The position numbers were made by a program, and so were the translations under genes. A stretch of 63,947 nucleotides of DNA, filler included. It is 14 parts of 14 records of this genome, joined end to end, with 100 filler letters (N's around TTAATTAATTAA, not from the genome) between each part and the next. Parts side by side here need not be neighbours in the genome. Positions count along the whole stretch, not along the records: positions 24,816 to 28,467 come from SRR7504441_62587; positions 28,568 to 32,137 come from SRR7504441_62591; positions 32,238 to 36,266 come from SRR7504441_62593; positions 36,367 to 39,790 come from SRR7504441_62896; 10 more parts are not named here. One strand, given 5' to 3'. The notes under the pieces were generated by a model, which made no database searches, was not told the DNA's origin, and was given only the letters and a program-made list of their open reading frames with translations. Below are positions 26,132 through 37,962 of the stretch, piece after piece. Positions within the stretch are counted from its first letter, which is position 1; each line of letters starts with the position of its first letter.

Positions 26132-28467
26132 ATGGCGCTGCGCCCAGCCTGGCTGCTCGCCTTGTGCGCAGCCGCGGTGCTGGCCGCCGAGCGGCCGGCT
26201 GGCCCGGGCGAGGTGCAAGAACTGGCGCCCGCCGCCGCGAGCCGGCACTACACCCGCCGGTTCTCCCCGTCGCTTGGCGAAGCGGCTGGAACGGCTGAAG
26301 CGCAGAGCGCCACCGAGGAGGGGGTGGAGCTGGTGGGCGGGCTAGTCAAACCAGAGGCGGGCGGCGCCAGTGTCGCCGGGGCTGAGGCCAACCCATCGGA
26401 GGCTCCGCTTGCTCAGGCTGGGATGGCGGTGCTTGATAGCTACAAGACGTTGCAGTCTAAGCTGCTGAAGCGATCAGAGCAGCTCCGTCAGCTACATGAT
26501 CGGCCTCCAAAGCCTGGTAAGGCTCACAATGTCGCATATGACTAAGCCATTCGGCCTGCAGCCCAGAGCGTAACATACGACAAGATTCCTGGCATGATAA
26601 TGCGGCGCGGTTCCCGTGACGCTAGTCCAGACTCTCGCGTCGGCTGCGAACAGACCTGCAATCGATGTGAGTCGACGGTGCCGGTAGATGACTGACAGTG
26701 GTTCGATGTGCAGACGCTGCATGCCTAGCCTATAGTTACAACGAGGCGAAGCAGGCTTGCCTGTGGACGACAGAGGCAGTGCACTACAAGCCTGGATCCG
26801 AATTCTTTTTGAAGAAGCATTCTGCGTTTGGTGGGTTTTTATATTGATTGTGCATTTCATCCTTACACAGGCCAAGTGCAACTCGAGTATGCATTCTTAC
26901 CTGGACTTGATGTTGACGTTGATGGTACATCGCCGGTGACAGAAGAGGAATGCAAGTACGAATGCTCTGAGAGTAAGCGGCCCAGCCCATGCGAAACTAT
27001 TGTAGTCATAGTAGTCTGTCGCGGCCCAATGACACGGCTGTTTTTCAGGCAAAGGCTGCTCAGGTTTCGGCTACACAGCCCAAACAAAGACGTGTAAAAA
27101 GGCTTCAGATAAATACCTTGAGTTTGATAGTGCATGGTTGTACTTTGAGAAGAATGTGATCGAAAAGCTACCACCAAAGGAGAAAGAGCCTGTTGTGGAG
27201 CTCTCAGAACTGCAGAACAAGAAAGTTGTCTTCTCACGAAACCTGGATGTGACCCGCAAGATGCATGCCGAAAGGGGCGACAAGGCTGCAAAAAAGCGCG
27301 AATTTCTCCGGCAGCGCACGATCGACGCAGAGAAGCAGCTAAAGACACTGCAGGCAGACCAGATTGCGGCAAGCAATAAATTTGAGCCGTTTGAAATCCA
27401 GTATGAAGCGTTGAAAACCAACTACGATTCTGAAAAGAAGCGGCAGGGAGGTATGTCTGCTGCTGGCGCGAAACTCAAAGAGCGCGTAAAGTCCCTTAAG
27501 AATGAAATGCATTTGGCTACAACCAAGGAAGCCAAAGAAAAGAGCTCAATTGATTATCAATACTTTCAAAACAAGTTGTCAACCCAGAAACTAGAATCTA
27601 CAGAGGTCGACCAGAATGTCAAAAGGCTTGCTCCTCAAGTAAGAGAGAGCCATGTGAAGCTAACCAGCGCAAGATCCGAGTATCTACAAGCTGTCAAAGA
27701 CTACCGTGAGGGCAAATGGCAAATTGCTTACGATGAAGCACAGCATTTTCAGCCTCCTTGACCTTCAGCTCATCTGCAGCCTTCTTTGCAAATTTGGCCT
27801 TAAGTGCTGCTTCCTTTGCCATTGCTCTCTTGGTCATTGCATCTTTCTTGTCAACTGCCTCCTTTGCCACCCTTGCCTCATCAGCCTTGGCACTTTTTTC
27901 CACGGCCTTCTTATGGGTTGCCTCAGACATCTTCTGCTTATTTTCTTTCTGCTTCTTGCTCAACTCGGCTGCTTTCTCCTTCTCTGTACTTTCCTTTTCT
28001 TTCCTCTCCATCTTCTTATTCATCTTTTCTTTCATCAATGCTTTCTGGGCTTCCATCTTAGCCTTGTTTTTATTTTGCAGTTTCGTCACCGCATCATTAT
28101 ACTTCTTCTGCACCGCTTTGCCAGCAGTGACCCTTGCACTTGCCTGGAGCTCCTGCTCTTGTGCCGAGTCAACCTTCGCCTTGTCGACAGGATTTGCCTG
28201 AGTTGCATCAAACACAGCGTCTTTGGCTTCCATCAGCTCCAACTCATACGTCTTAGTGAGCTTCTCTTTAGCTGAAGCTTTGACGCGCCATGAAAGAGCG
28301 CGAAGAAAAAGAGAAAGCATCAAGTCAAGAGAATGAGGAGAAGCAGCTCGAGAAGGACTTCAAAATGCTAGAGGCCGTCAATGAGGCAACTGTAGTAGCA
28401 AATGCGGCTAGGGCCAAGGCCAAGCTCCAACGTGCTGAGGCAGCTAGACAACTGAAAGCAGCTGAGG
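26132..28467 (+). CDS. Secreted protein with two PAN/Apple-like domains and a long Lys/Glu coiled coil; contains an internal 550-bp inversion; 3'-truncated
   Basis: Signal peptide. Spliced exons give CEQTCNR|YAACLAYSYNEAKQACLW and CKYECSES|KGCSGFGYTAQTKTCK. The coiled coil reads on + to 27740, on - for 27741-28290, and on + again from 28291. Confidence 0.8.
27741..28290 (-). other. Inverted coding segment (550 bp) flanked by 2-nt inverted microhomology CA...TG
   Basis: Reverse-complementing this segment gives the continuous frame ..YDEA-WRVKASAKEK..KEAENA-V-KEREEK; A-rich to T-rich skew flips at both ends. Confidence 0.9.
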
Positions 28468-28723
28468 NNNNNNNNNNNNNNNNNNNNNNNNNNNNNNNNN
28501 NNNNNNNNNNNTTAATTAATTAANNNNNNNNNNNNNNNNNNNNNNNNNNNNNNNNNNNNNNNNNNNNAACAAAAAGTTCTCTACCCTGCAAGATTTCTCG
28601 GAATTTAGTCTGCTGGCACCGTATTACGTAGCCGGTAGATGAATCCAACAGAGGTGTTTTAGAGCTATTATAGTTGACTGAACTTGTATTGAACTTGGGG
28701 AGCTTTGTCTAAAGAAAGTTGAG

Positions 28724-31700
28724 CTATGCGTCTGCTTGTGTCTTCGTCATTTGCTTCATTGTGATCTTGTCACCTAAGCTCAAGGCAATCCCTTGGGTCT
28801 TGGACCGAATCCTAACATACCCTCCAATACGGCCATTGGCTTGCCTTTCCACTGACAGATTAACCAAAGCATCCTCCCCAAACAAGCTCTTGGCGTATAG
28901 ATTTGCAGCCAGGAATCCGCAGGTCCCCTCACGTGCCAGCGCTGGGGTGAGACACTTCATGTTGGTGGCCTGCACAGCAGCTGAGCCCCCTGAGCGCATG
29001 GCGTGGCAAACCTGGCAGATATGCTCAAGGAATTCGTGTTCGTCCATGATGGTCGTGTTGATACCGACCTTGTTCTCCCACTCAAATTCAGCCCACATTG
29101 ATCGGAATGTCAGCTCAGAGCAGCTAGCAGGGTGAATATAGTCCATGATGTCCATATGGATGTCGTTCAAGATCACAGAGCCCTGCCCAGTGAGTCAGAT
29201 CAGGCTCCTGCAAGCTCACTGGTTGCCTGTTCCCCCTTGTTTTCCCATACGATGCTCCCGAAAATGATCCCGGTCTCGGTGGACGAGACCTTAATATTAG
29301 CTTTAATCATGTGAGTTGCGTGCGGTGCGAGGCTGATAGAGGACGGCCGCTCACAGAGCTTGAGATCTCCCACAGTACACAGCTCAAGTGTCAAGTTCTG
29401 CAGAGTTATATCTGTCTGGTTGATCATCATCAAGTCCATCACTACATCATAATCATGCACCGTCACCACCGCCTGCCCCACGCTCTTGCATGAACTCATG
29501 CTCGCACACCTCTGCATATACAGGATCTGAGAACCCTGTGAGCTGGGTGATCCTGTTGAGCCTTGCTGAGAACTCCTCTGTAGCACTCTTGGCATTGAGC
29601 CACACCTACAAGTGAATCAGCGCAGCTGGGCTTGATGCATGCAGACCGTCTCATCCTCTGCTGTCTCTGAGTCCCCAGGCAGCAGCGTTGCTGGTTGCAG
29701 CAACCGGATGTTGAGCAGCTCGTCCGCTTGGCGCATCGGTGACGCATCGATCACCTCACTCGTGCTTCTTGCGGGTTGATCAGCCACAACTAGCTTGTGG
29801 CGGAAGCTCTCCTGGCACTGCTGCAAAAATATCTCATCTAGTTCAGCCACTGGCTCTGAGAGGATCCTAAGGCATAATGTGATCCTTTCAAATGAGTCGT
29901 GGTCGACCGGATGAGGCGGCACGCCAGAGCGGCCTAGACGGACGATGCCACACATGAGCAGCATCGCTCGGGCAGAGATCTACCTCACTGGTCAGCCCGG
30001 CTGCAGGACAGCGCAGGCAACCTGATTGATGATGCCTGGGTCTCCGTTCAGCTGCTTGAGCCGGTGCACCAGCTTTGTCAAGCAGCTGGACAGTGCAGCA
30101 CCAAGGTAAAAGTCTCCTTGAATCAGCAGCCCACGGAGGATCTGATCTGGTGCGTGATCCACCACTGATGCGCTAGCAGTGGTAGTGGTTGAGTAGGTCC
30201 CATCCTCAAGGATCACTGTAGTCGTCTGAGGCGCTGACTCTGTCTCTTCACCCTCTTCGTCCACAGTCGGCTTCACAAAGGGGAGTGGGCCAACCGTTGA
30301 AAGTACTGCCTCGACAGCGGCCAGCACAGTCTCGGTTGAGTCCGAGTACTGCCCAAGGATCCACAGGGCCGATCTGGCAACTCGAGAGGTCCGAATCTAC
30401 AAACAATGTTAAAGCGACAGGTGGGCGTTGAAGTACCTGTGGAATGAGGAACAGGAGCTTCTCCAAGATAGGCTGACGTAGAGCGGGGTAGCACTCGGCG
30501 GTCTCGCGCACAAAGAACACCATGTCCACAGCTGACGAGGTGTTGGAGTCGGAGAGGAAGTCCATTAACATGAGCACATTGCTTGCCACTTCAGGGTACC
30601 GGCAGGCACAGGTGTGCAGCGCCCGGACAAGTAGCTGGCGATACTCGCCGGCTTTGTCGGCATGTTCGTTGGCCTGCGTGTTCACCACTTCTTTTTTCAA
30701 CACCTGAACCACTTCATCTATGTTCTTGGGTGTGAGCATCTCAAGGGCAATGTTAATGCATTTAGTCCTGATGTCAAGGTTGGGGCACGAAAGCGCCCGC
30801 AGCACGTCCATGATCAGCCCCTGCACCTGCAGAGTCAGCCCTGTGTGGCAGTCCAGGCTGGGCACCTGCACGACTGCTGGGAACTTCTTCTTTATATCCT
30901 CCAATCTGTCTAGCAGAATCAGCTTCACGTTGTTGTCACTCTGGGAGAGCAGCAGGTTGCAGAAACACTGGGTCGCCGCCTTCACCGCCGAGCCCGCCGA
31001 GGTGAGTGTCAGCAGCGTGCTGGCAGCCTCTGATGCGACACCTGCTGCAGCGCCATCCAGCAGCTCTACAAGTGTTCTAAGAAAACGACCCTTCAGGTGT
31101 GGGAACGAACGGGCGCTCTTGCGGATCAGCTCTAGAGTCACCTGGGCTGGTTCAGCAGGTTGAGATGGGACATGATACCATTTGAAGGATTTCGGAGTAT
31201 GACGACACGCGCTCCAAGTTGTCCACCAGCCAGGCGACAGCCAGATCAATGTTGGAATGCAGTAGCATCAGCAGCGCGTTCCGCTTGGCTGACATATCGC
31301 TCTCCTCCCTAATGAACTTGTCCATCGTCTCTGGTGCATCCACCTGCATCGCTGCCTCAGGACGGGGCAGCAAAGTGCGCACCAGCAGGTCTGGGAAGGA
31401 CTGGAAGATGGCGTGAATACACGCGGCAGCCTGGCGGCGGACAAACGTGAATCTGTATCCAAGATTCTGGAGAATCGATGGGATTAGCGGCTCGATGAGC
31501 TGCTGATGCTTCAGCTTGGACGCGAACCGCAGCGCCACGGCCCGCATGTACTCGTTCGGGTGTGCGAGGTCGCGCTGGACAAAGTTGATGACCAGGATCA
31601 TCTCCGGAAGCATCTGGCCCTTGGCATCCGTTTTGTCGACCGACTCCAGGAACAAGTAGCAGAGCTTCTTGAGAGGAAAATTCTCCACCGGAAAAGCGAA

Positions 31701-31990
31701 CCTGCCAGCCACCAGCTCGGCAGGCCCGGCAGGCCGGATGAGAACGAGGAGCGGGCACCGGATAACATCCATGATCAGGTGAGCCATGGACTCGCCGTTG
31801 AGCATCGTCAGGATGAGCTCGCGGATCGCGCGGATCTTCATCTGCCGAGCGGCTCGCCACTCGCAGCCCCAGGCTAGATAAGGCGCACCTCCTCGTCCTC
31901 ATCCTGCAGTTCCTCCTTGATTGTGGCGGCGCTGAAGGTGCTCTTGTCATAGTTGATCAACAGCGTGCAGTGTTTCTCGATGGCCGCCAT
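28724..31990 (-). CDS. COPB1: Coatomer subunit beta
   Basis: [86 protein letters not shown]; about 10 short introns. Confidence 0.97.
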
Positions 31991-32411
31991 CGCGGGGCCT
32001 TTTCCGTTACGGGCCTTTTCCGCGTACAGTAGCAAACTTCAATTCTCGAAACTCATCAGTCGAAAGTACATAAGTATGCATTTTTTTTAATTACAGGGGG
32101 TAGACACCGATTATTGACTTGGGAAAGTTTCATCAATNNNNNNNNNNNNNNNNNNNNNNNNNNNNNNNNNNNNNNNNNNNNTTAATTAATTAANNNNNNN
32201 NNNNNNNNNNNNNNNNNNNNNNNNNNNNNNNNNNNNNAATCTCGCTATCCACTTAGTCTGCAGGTTGGGCACCTGACGTGCCGCATGACATTTCAGTTTT
32301 CGTTTCCTCGCACGATCGCGATTTGTACGCGATTTGTTTGAAAAACACATAGAAATCGTAGAAATCTGCGAGGTATCTAATTAACCACCACGCTAAATCA
32401 ATTGTATCAGC

Positions 32412-34001
32412 TCAAAATATTAAATCATCATCCGTGTTCTCTTCGTGACCAAAGAAGCTATTCAGAGTTGAGAAATCAACATCAATGTTGTCGCTAGCAC
32501 ACGCACGCCGATGCAAACCGCTAGTAGTGCTGTAAGCACCACGATATTCCAGCTTGATAGTACCGTTCCTCTTAGTCATTGCCGTCCAAACATCCGGGCA
32601 GTGCTGAGTCTGCCCAGGATCTAGTGGTGTGATGCACCTCTGATCCAAGTCCAGCCTGCCACTCGCGCGCACCCACACCCTGCCCTCGGGTTCACAGTGG
32701 GCCTGTTGCACAATCAGCACATCGTTCTCCTCTAACCGACCCAAAGCCATTGATTGCGAGCAGGGCGCTTGGCGCAAGTCGCCCGCGGCTACTGCACAAA
32801 ACAAATAAACTTCTGTAGGTCCCAGGTCTCCGAGCCATTTGTCAGGCTTGCAGTGCAGTGCGGGCATCATCAGCCCAAGCTGTTGCACTTCTGTAACTGC
32901 TGGCTGCGGCAGCCGTCCGGAGGCCAGGTGTGCTTGAGTGAAGCAGCAAGGGACACCTCCCCCCTGCGCCATTGAGATTCGGGCGTTCTCGATCGGCCGC
33001 CAGGCGGATTGACTTCTATCCAACCCTTTGAACACTTGTGCCTCGTTCACGCCGGCTGCCCTGCTGAACCGGACCTGCATACGCACCCAGCACATTCAGT
33101 GTCCAGCGGCAGTACAGCTCACTTGCTGCTGCACGCGGCTAGCACAGGTGCTGGTGCAGCAGGTCGCCAGTAGGCATTGAGTATCAGTTCCTATGTATTG
33201 CTGTGACCAAACCCGGCCGGCTGATTCACTGTTCTTCAGGTACAGTGAGTCACAGACCGAGCAGCGCTCCCAGCCGACAGCTCGAGTCAGATGATCGATC
33301 ACAAGCGCTGTGATGTAGGCTGAAGAGAGCCACCGCTGGACCGCCCAGCACACGAATGGAGCCCGTAGCGCGTGCTCCCCGCTAGGAGGCTCCAGCCATG
33401 GCAGCGGCATGCTGCGGCACAGCTGGGATCAGCTCGGGGCCTCCAGCCGGTGCCAAACCGGTTCTTATAGCTGTTGAATAGCGCCCGGGTGCTGAATGTG
33501 CTCTCGGACAGCTCCGAACAGCGGACCACCTGGAGCTGTGTGTTAGCTCGGTCTGCACCGGCTGAACTGGCCTCGTACGGAAGGTAGTGCAGCCTGTACG
33601 AGCAGTAAAGCATTAGGTCCTTGAGCTGGTGCAGTTTTCCGATCGACCTGCGCCGGCCACTCGCCGGCTGTGCACGGCGGCAGCACCTCGGCAGTCGCTC
33701 CAGCTTGCTGCCGTACATGCGCAGAGTGGTCAGGCTGGTTAGCTTGTCGAGCCCTGACACAGCCAGCTTCACGCAGGCCGGTCCGCTGGCGCTCACCATC
33801 CGGAAGCTCGGCGAACGGCCAGCGCACCAGCTCCAGCCGACGGAGGGCTGTGAATCGATACACCCAGGCCGCGCAGTCAGGCCCGTGCAGCACGCGGCCG
33901 GCGTCCGGGTCCTCGACTTCGAACCTGACTGTCAGTGCTTCGAGGTCCACCGACTGGCTGGCGATGGCCTCTGGCGTGACCGGCCCGCCCCAGGCGTACA
34001 T
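32412..34001 (-). CDS. Leucine-rich-repeat protein with Cys motifs (CSVC..CC..C) and a C-terminal extension
   Basis: LRMYGSKLERLP|SIGKL..L.LYCSYRLHYLPYE|VVRC..L..STFSTRALFNSYKNR|MPLP..RCSVCD..W..TDT.CLL..CC; joined by 40-50-nt introns. Confidence 0.75.
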
Positions 34002-34162
34002 GATCTCGTTAGAAGCCGTTATCGGAAGGTGTTTATAATTCGCGTAATTCGGGTGTTGTATGTACTTTGTAGTACCTGTAATATGTTTTATTAATAAACC
34101 TAGATCTAATGTTAGGTGAAATCCCTCATGATCACGGTATCACCACTCGTTGGTCACATCCA

Positions 34163-36174
34163 CTAAACATCCTGGTAGGCGCTATCGCCGCTGCTAATGC
34201 TAGTCGGCGGCATGCTCGCCAGCGGCCGGCTCCCCGATCGGATCGGGGCATAAGGCTCGAACCCACCCGCTGGGATGGACGAGCCCCCGCCTGCTCGCCC
34301 GGAGCTCCAACGGTCAAAGTCGATCGGAGTTTTGGTCACCTCGCCGTATCGCCGGGCGCCGGTGAACCTGCCTTCGAAAAACTTATCATCGACCCTATAG
34401 ATCAGGCTGCTGAACGGCATCACGTCGCAGCCGCGCTCGCCGTTGTTGTGGTTATACACACAGCCGCAGATGCAGAGCATGCACCAGACGAGGAAGAACC
34501 AGCCGACCAGCACCCCGTCGCTCTCTCTCTCGAGATCCTGCTCAAACCCGCCGAGCACCTTCGAGTTGAGCAGCCTGCCGCCCATCTCAGCCGGCCCAGC
34601 CAGCTCACCCACCGGGGGGCTCTCTTGTCTGCATGCACCACCCGGGCCGACCGGGCCGACTGCTCGCTGGCCACCGCAGGCACGGTGAGCACAGTAGACG
34701 GCTGGGAGAAGCTGCCGGTGCCGGTGCCGGTGACTGAGGCCACGCTGAACTGATAGCTGTCGCCCCGCTGGAGCTGTATCACTGCGCTCGCGCTGGGCGG
34801 TTGGCTGAGCAGCTGGTCGAGTCGAAAGCTCAGATCCGGGTGCTGCTCAGCCGCCGAGTGGCTGCTCGTACGCACCGCGAACCCGGTCACTCCCCCGCCG
34901 GCTGGGGCGCTCCAGGAGATCCTGCACGAGGCTTGGGCCGAGTCCGACGCGTCCGACAGCGCGAGCACTGCCGTGATCCCCGAGGGGACTGCGGGCGCAG
35001 CTGGGAGCGGGGCGGCGGCCGGGGCAGCGCCGGCGCAGAGCTTCTGGATGCTGAATCGGACAGGATCGTAAGGCGGGATCCGGATGGTGACGGCGATGGA
35101 GGCCAGGCTGACCGCGCCCTGGCAGCTGAGCTGGAGGCTGAGGCTGGAAGGCGAGCCGGCCACCAGCTTGCCGCCTGTGGCCGCTGGGCCGGACGCGACC
35201 GCCTGGGCTGAGCCGAGCGTGTCAGTGGTGCCGATGGCCGGGGGCTGGAAGTACAGCGGCGGGCTGCCATCAAGCAGCGAGAGGTACAGTGTGAGCTGAG
35301 ACACCTCGGCCGGGACAGGCTGGGCGCTGGCAGCGGGCACGCCTGCACTTAGGTCAGGCCAGCCAGCGGGCTGCGCGGCACCGTCGGCAACTGTGTCAGC
35401 GCCGGCGGGGGTGGTCCCGATGTTGAACCCGCGCGCCGTGGCGGTGGTCGTCCTGCAGTTCTTGATGAAGGCGTCGAATGTGGGCCGGCCTGGCGCCAGG
35501 TCCAGGCAGTTGTTCACTCGAGGCTGGCACACGCACACCTCCCCAGCGCAGGCACACCCTGTGGCCGGGGCCGGCACCCCGCATCGGACGAGCACCATCG
35601 CGCCCTCGGCGTGCCCGCAGCTGTTGGGAGTACCTCCGGCGAACTTCATCTGGAGCACCGAGGTGCTGCCGGCGATCACGGGCTCGGCCACCGAGCTGAA
35701 CTTCCCGTACTCGCCGTCCGGCTGCATCCCGGTCTGGCCGGTGCACGGCGGCGTGGCGCATCGGAGGTGCCTGACCGATCCGCACAGCTCGACCTCGAAC
35801 AGGCCCTGCGCCCCGTCCGGCACGTAGAGCGGCCCGCCCGACGAGCTCAGGTCGGTGACCACCCCCGAGGCCGCCCGGGCCGCGCAGTTGCTCGGGACCC
35901 CCACCGGCTGGGTGGCCGCAGGCTGAACCACCGGGGCCGGCTGGGCCGGGGCCGGGGCCGGCTGGGCGGGCACCGGGGCCGGCTGGGCGGGTTCGGGCCC
36001 TGGGTGCGGCCAGCCGTCCGCCGAGCCGGGCGGGAACTGCTGGGCGGCCGGGGGCACCGGGGGCGGCGCGATGGTGGGCTCCGCCGTCGGTGAGGACCAA
36101 AACGAGCCGCCCGCCGCCAGCCCGGCGAGCAGCGCAATGTGCAGCAAGAGAGCCTCCCGACGAAGAGCATCCAT
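34163..36174 (-). CDS. Type I membrane protein, mannose-6-phosphate-receptor/ATG27-like, with an FN3 domain
   Basis: Signal peptide, Pro-rich linker, MRH-like Cys domain (FEVELCG..MKFAGGTP..C..VLVRCG), FN3 (ISWSAP..YQFSVASV..G.GSFS), TM helix, then GCVYN..GERGCDVMP tail; intron near 34580-34617. Confidence 0.6.
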
Positions 36175-36366
36175 TCGGGCGCTGCAGCTGGGTAACGGAA
36201 GATGGTGCTGAGGCAGTCCCGAGGGAGACGACTAGCGCGGGGCAGTTTCGGACTCGCGGGAACAAGNNNNNNNNNNNNNNNNNNNNNNNNNNNNNNNNNN
36301 NNNNNNNNNNTTAATTAATTAANNNNNNNNNNNNNNNNNNNNNNNNNNNNNNNNNNNNNNNNNNNN

Positions 36367-36872
36367 GGGCCGCGCTTGATGACAATAATAAATTTGAAGC
36401 TGAAATCATGGAGAAATTCGCGTTGGACGCTGCTGGAGTGTACGAAAAATTCCAAGAGGTGGATGTTGATGGAGGGAACTCATTGGATATTACTGAGACT
36501 CCGGAGCTGCTAGGGAAGATGGGAATCAACCTTGAGTTGAATGACGTGCAACAAAAGCAGTTCTTCGATTTCCTCGATCTGGATGGCAATGGCGATATTG
36601 ATTTCGACGAGTTCATGACTTTCTACGACAATCCACGAGAATTTATTGAATGGTTCAAGAAGGTAGAGGGTGTTGGCCAGCGGGTGAAAGTCTGGGCCGG
36701 GAAAGAGGGCCAAGAGGGTGGGTTGTCAATGGAGGAACTGATTGAGCAAGCAAAACAAGATGCTGCTGGGGCAACTATTGAAGCTCCTGCAGCAAATGAG
36801 ATGGATTTGGCTGCAGTCGCAAAGCTAGAGAAGAGGAAACGAGAAATTGAAGAGGAAAGCAGGCAATTGTAA
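36367..36872 (+). CDS. EF-hand protein, 3' part
   Basis: DVDGGNSLDITE and DLDGNGDIDFDEF loops. Confidence 0.75.
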
Positions 36873-37245
36873 CATTTGATACTCGTAAGACGTAAGAGTA
36901 AGACCCGTGAAATACTATCATTATATACAGTACTATCATTATATACTATCATTACAACAATCACGAGAATTGATTTATTACTTAAAGTCCTCCAGTCACA
37001 TTATCAGTGTGGCCATTGGTGACCTCCGAGCTTACTTGAACCAACTGCTACACGTACATCATCTCCTACGTACTCGTAATCATCAACATCATTTGCCAAT
37101 GTGAGGAGGGCTCTCGGTACATGCGCTTGATAGCTTCTTATGCGGCCATACGCCAGGATCGATCTAAACAGCCACACGTACGCATCTGTGTGTCTATCCT
37201 GCGCCTCCCCTGGCATTTAAGCTCTATAATCAAAATTTGTCCTTC

Positions 37246-37862
37246 TCAAAGGTCCTGCACACCACAGCATCCAGCCCACCCGCCGGAGCACAGCGGCATC
37301 ACCTCCTCTTCCTCCTCCTCTATCTCCTCTTCCTCGTCGTCAATTCCCATATCGTCATCATCCTGTGACTCTCGTCAGCTCTAACGCTCAAGTCGCACTG
37401 ACCTGCCACTTATCCCAGTCGATCGTGATGTAAGGCAGCTTGGTGGTTGTCCTGGTCACCCGCGGCCACATCCCGTCATGCTGCTTCACCGCCACCACAT
37501 TGAATCCCTTGACGCTGATAGACCACCGACACCGCTGCCCCCGCCGTTACCCCCGGCTGTACCGACGGTCAGTCACGTCAACTCTCAGCCCTCCAAACAG
37601 CGTCACATCGAGCTCATAATGGGTGTTGGCGCCATCAAACTGGACCACAACTCGCCCGCCGGGCTCAAACCTCACCTTCAGCCCGGGCTCGCCCCCGGCC
37701 CCGGGCCGGCGCCACCTTCTCGCCCCTGACGGTCCCGCGGCCCTCTCCCTTGCCGTATGGAATGTACAGCATAACCGAGTTGCGCCGCTGAGCCCACTTG
37801 ACCAGCGGGGTTTTGCTGCGGCCGGCTGGTCGCCCGCGTGCAGGCCCGGCTCACCTCGCCAT
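37246..37862 (-). CDS. p23/PTGES3-like Hsp90 co-chaperone (CS domain)
   Basis: Spliced reading gives VKWAQRRNSV, YELDVTLF, WPRVT..KLPYITIDWDKWQ|DDDD and an acidic tail. Confidence 0.8.
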
Positions 37863-37962
37863 CGGCTCGGCCCAACCCTGAGCGAGCACCCCACACAGCA
37901 CCACCGCCAGTGGGCTCCACATTGATTTCGATGACGCCACTCGATTCACAACGGCTTTGCTC

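Noticed and set aside
26516-27137. Apparent second disruption or inversion in the PAN/coiled-coil gene
   Set aside because: Fully explained by four ordinary GT-AG introns on the + strand that yield two PAN-like domains.
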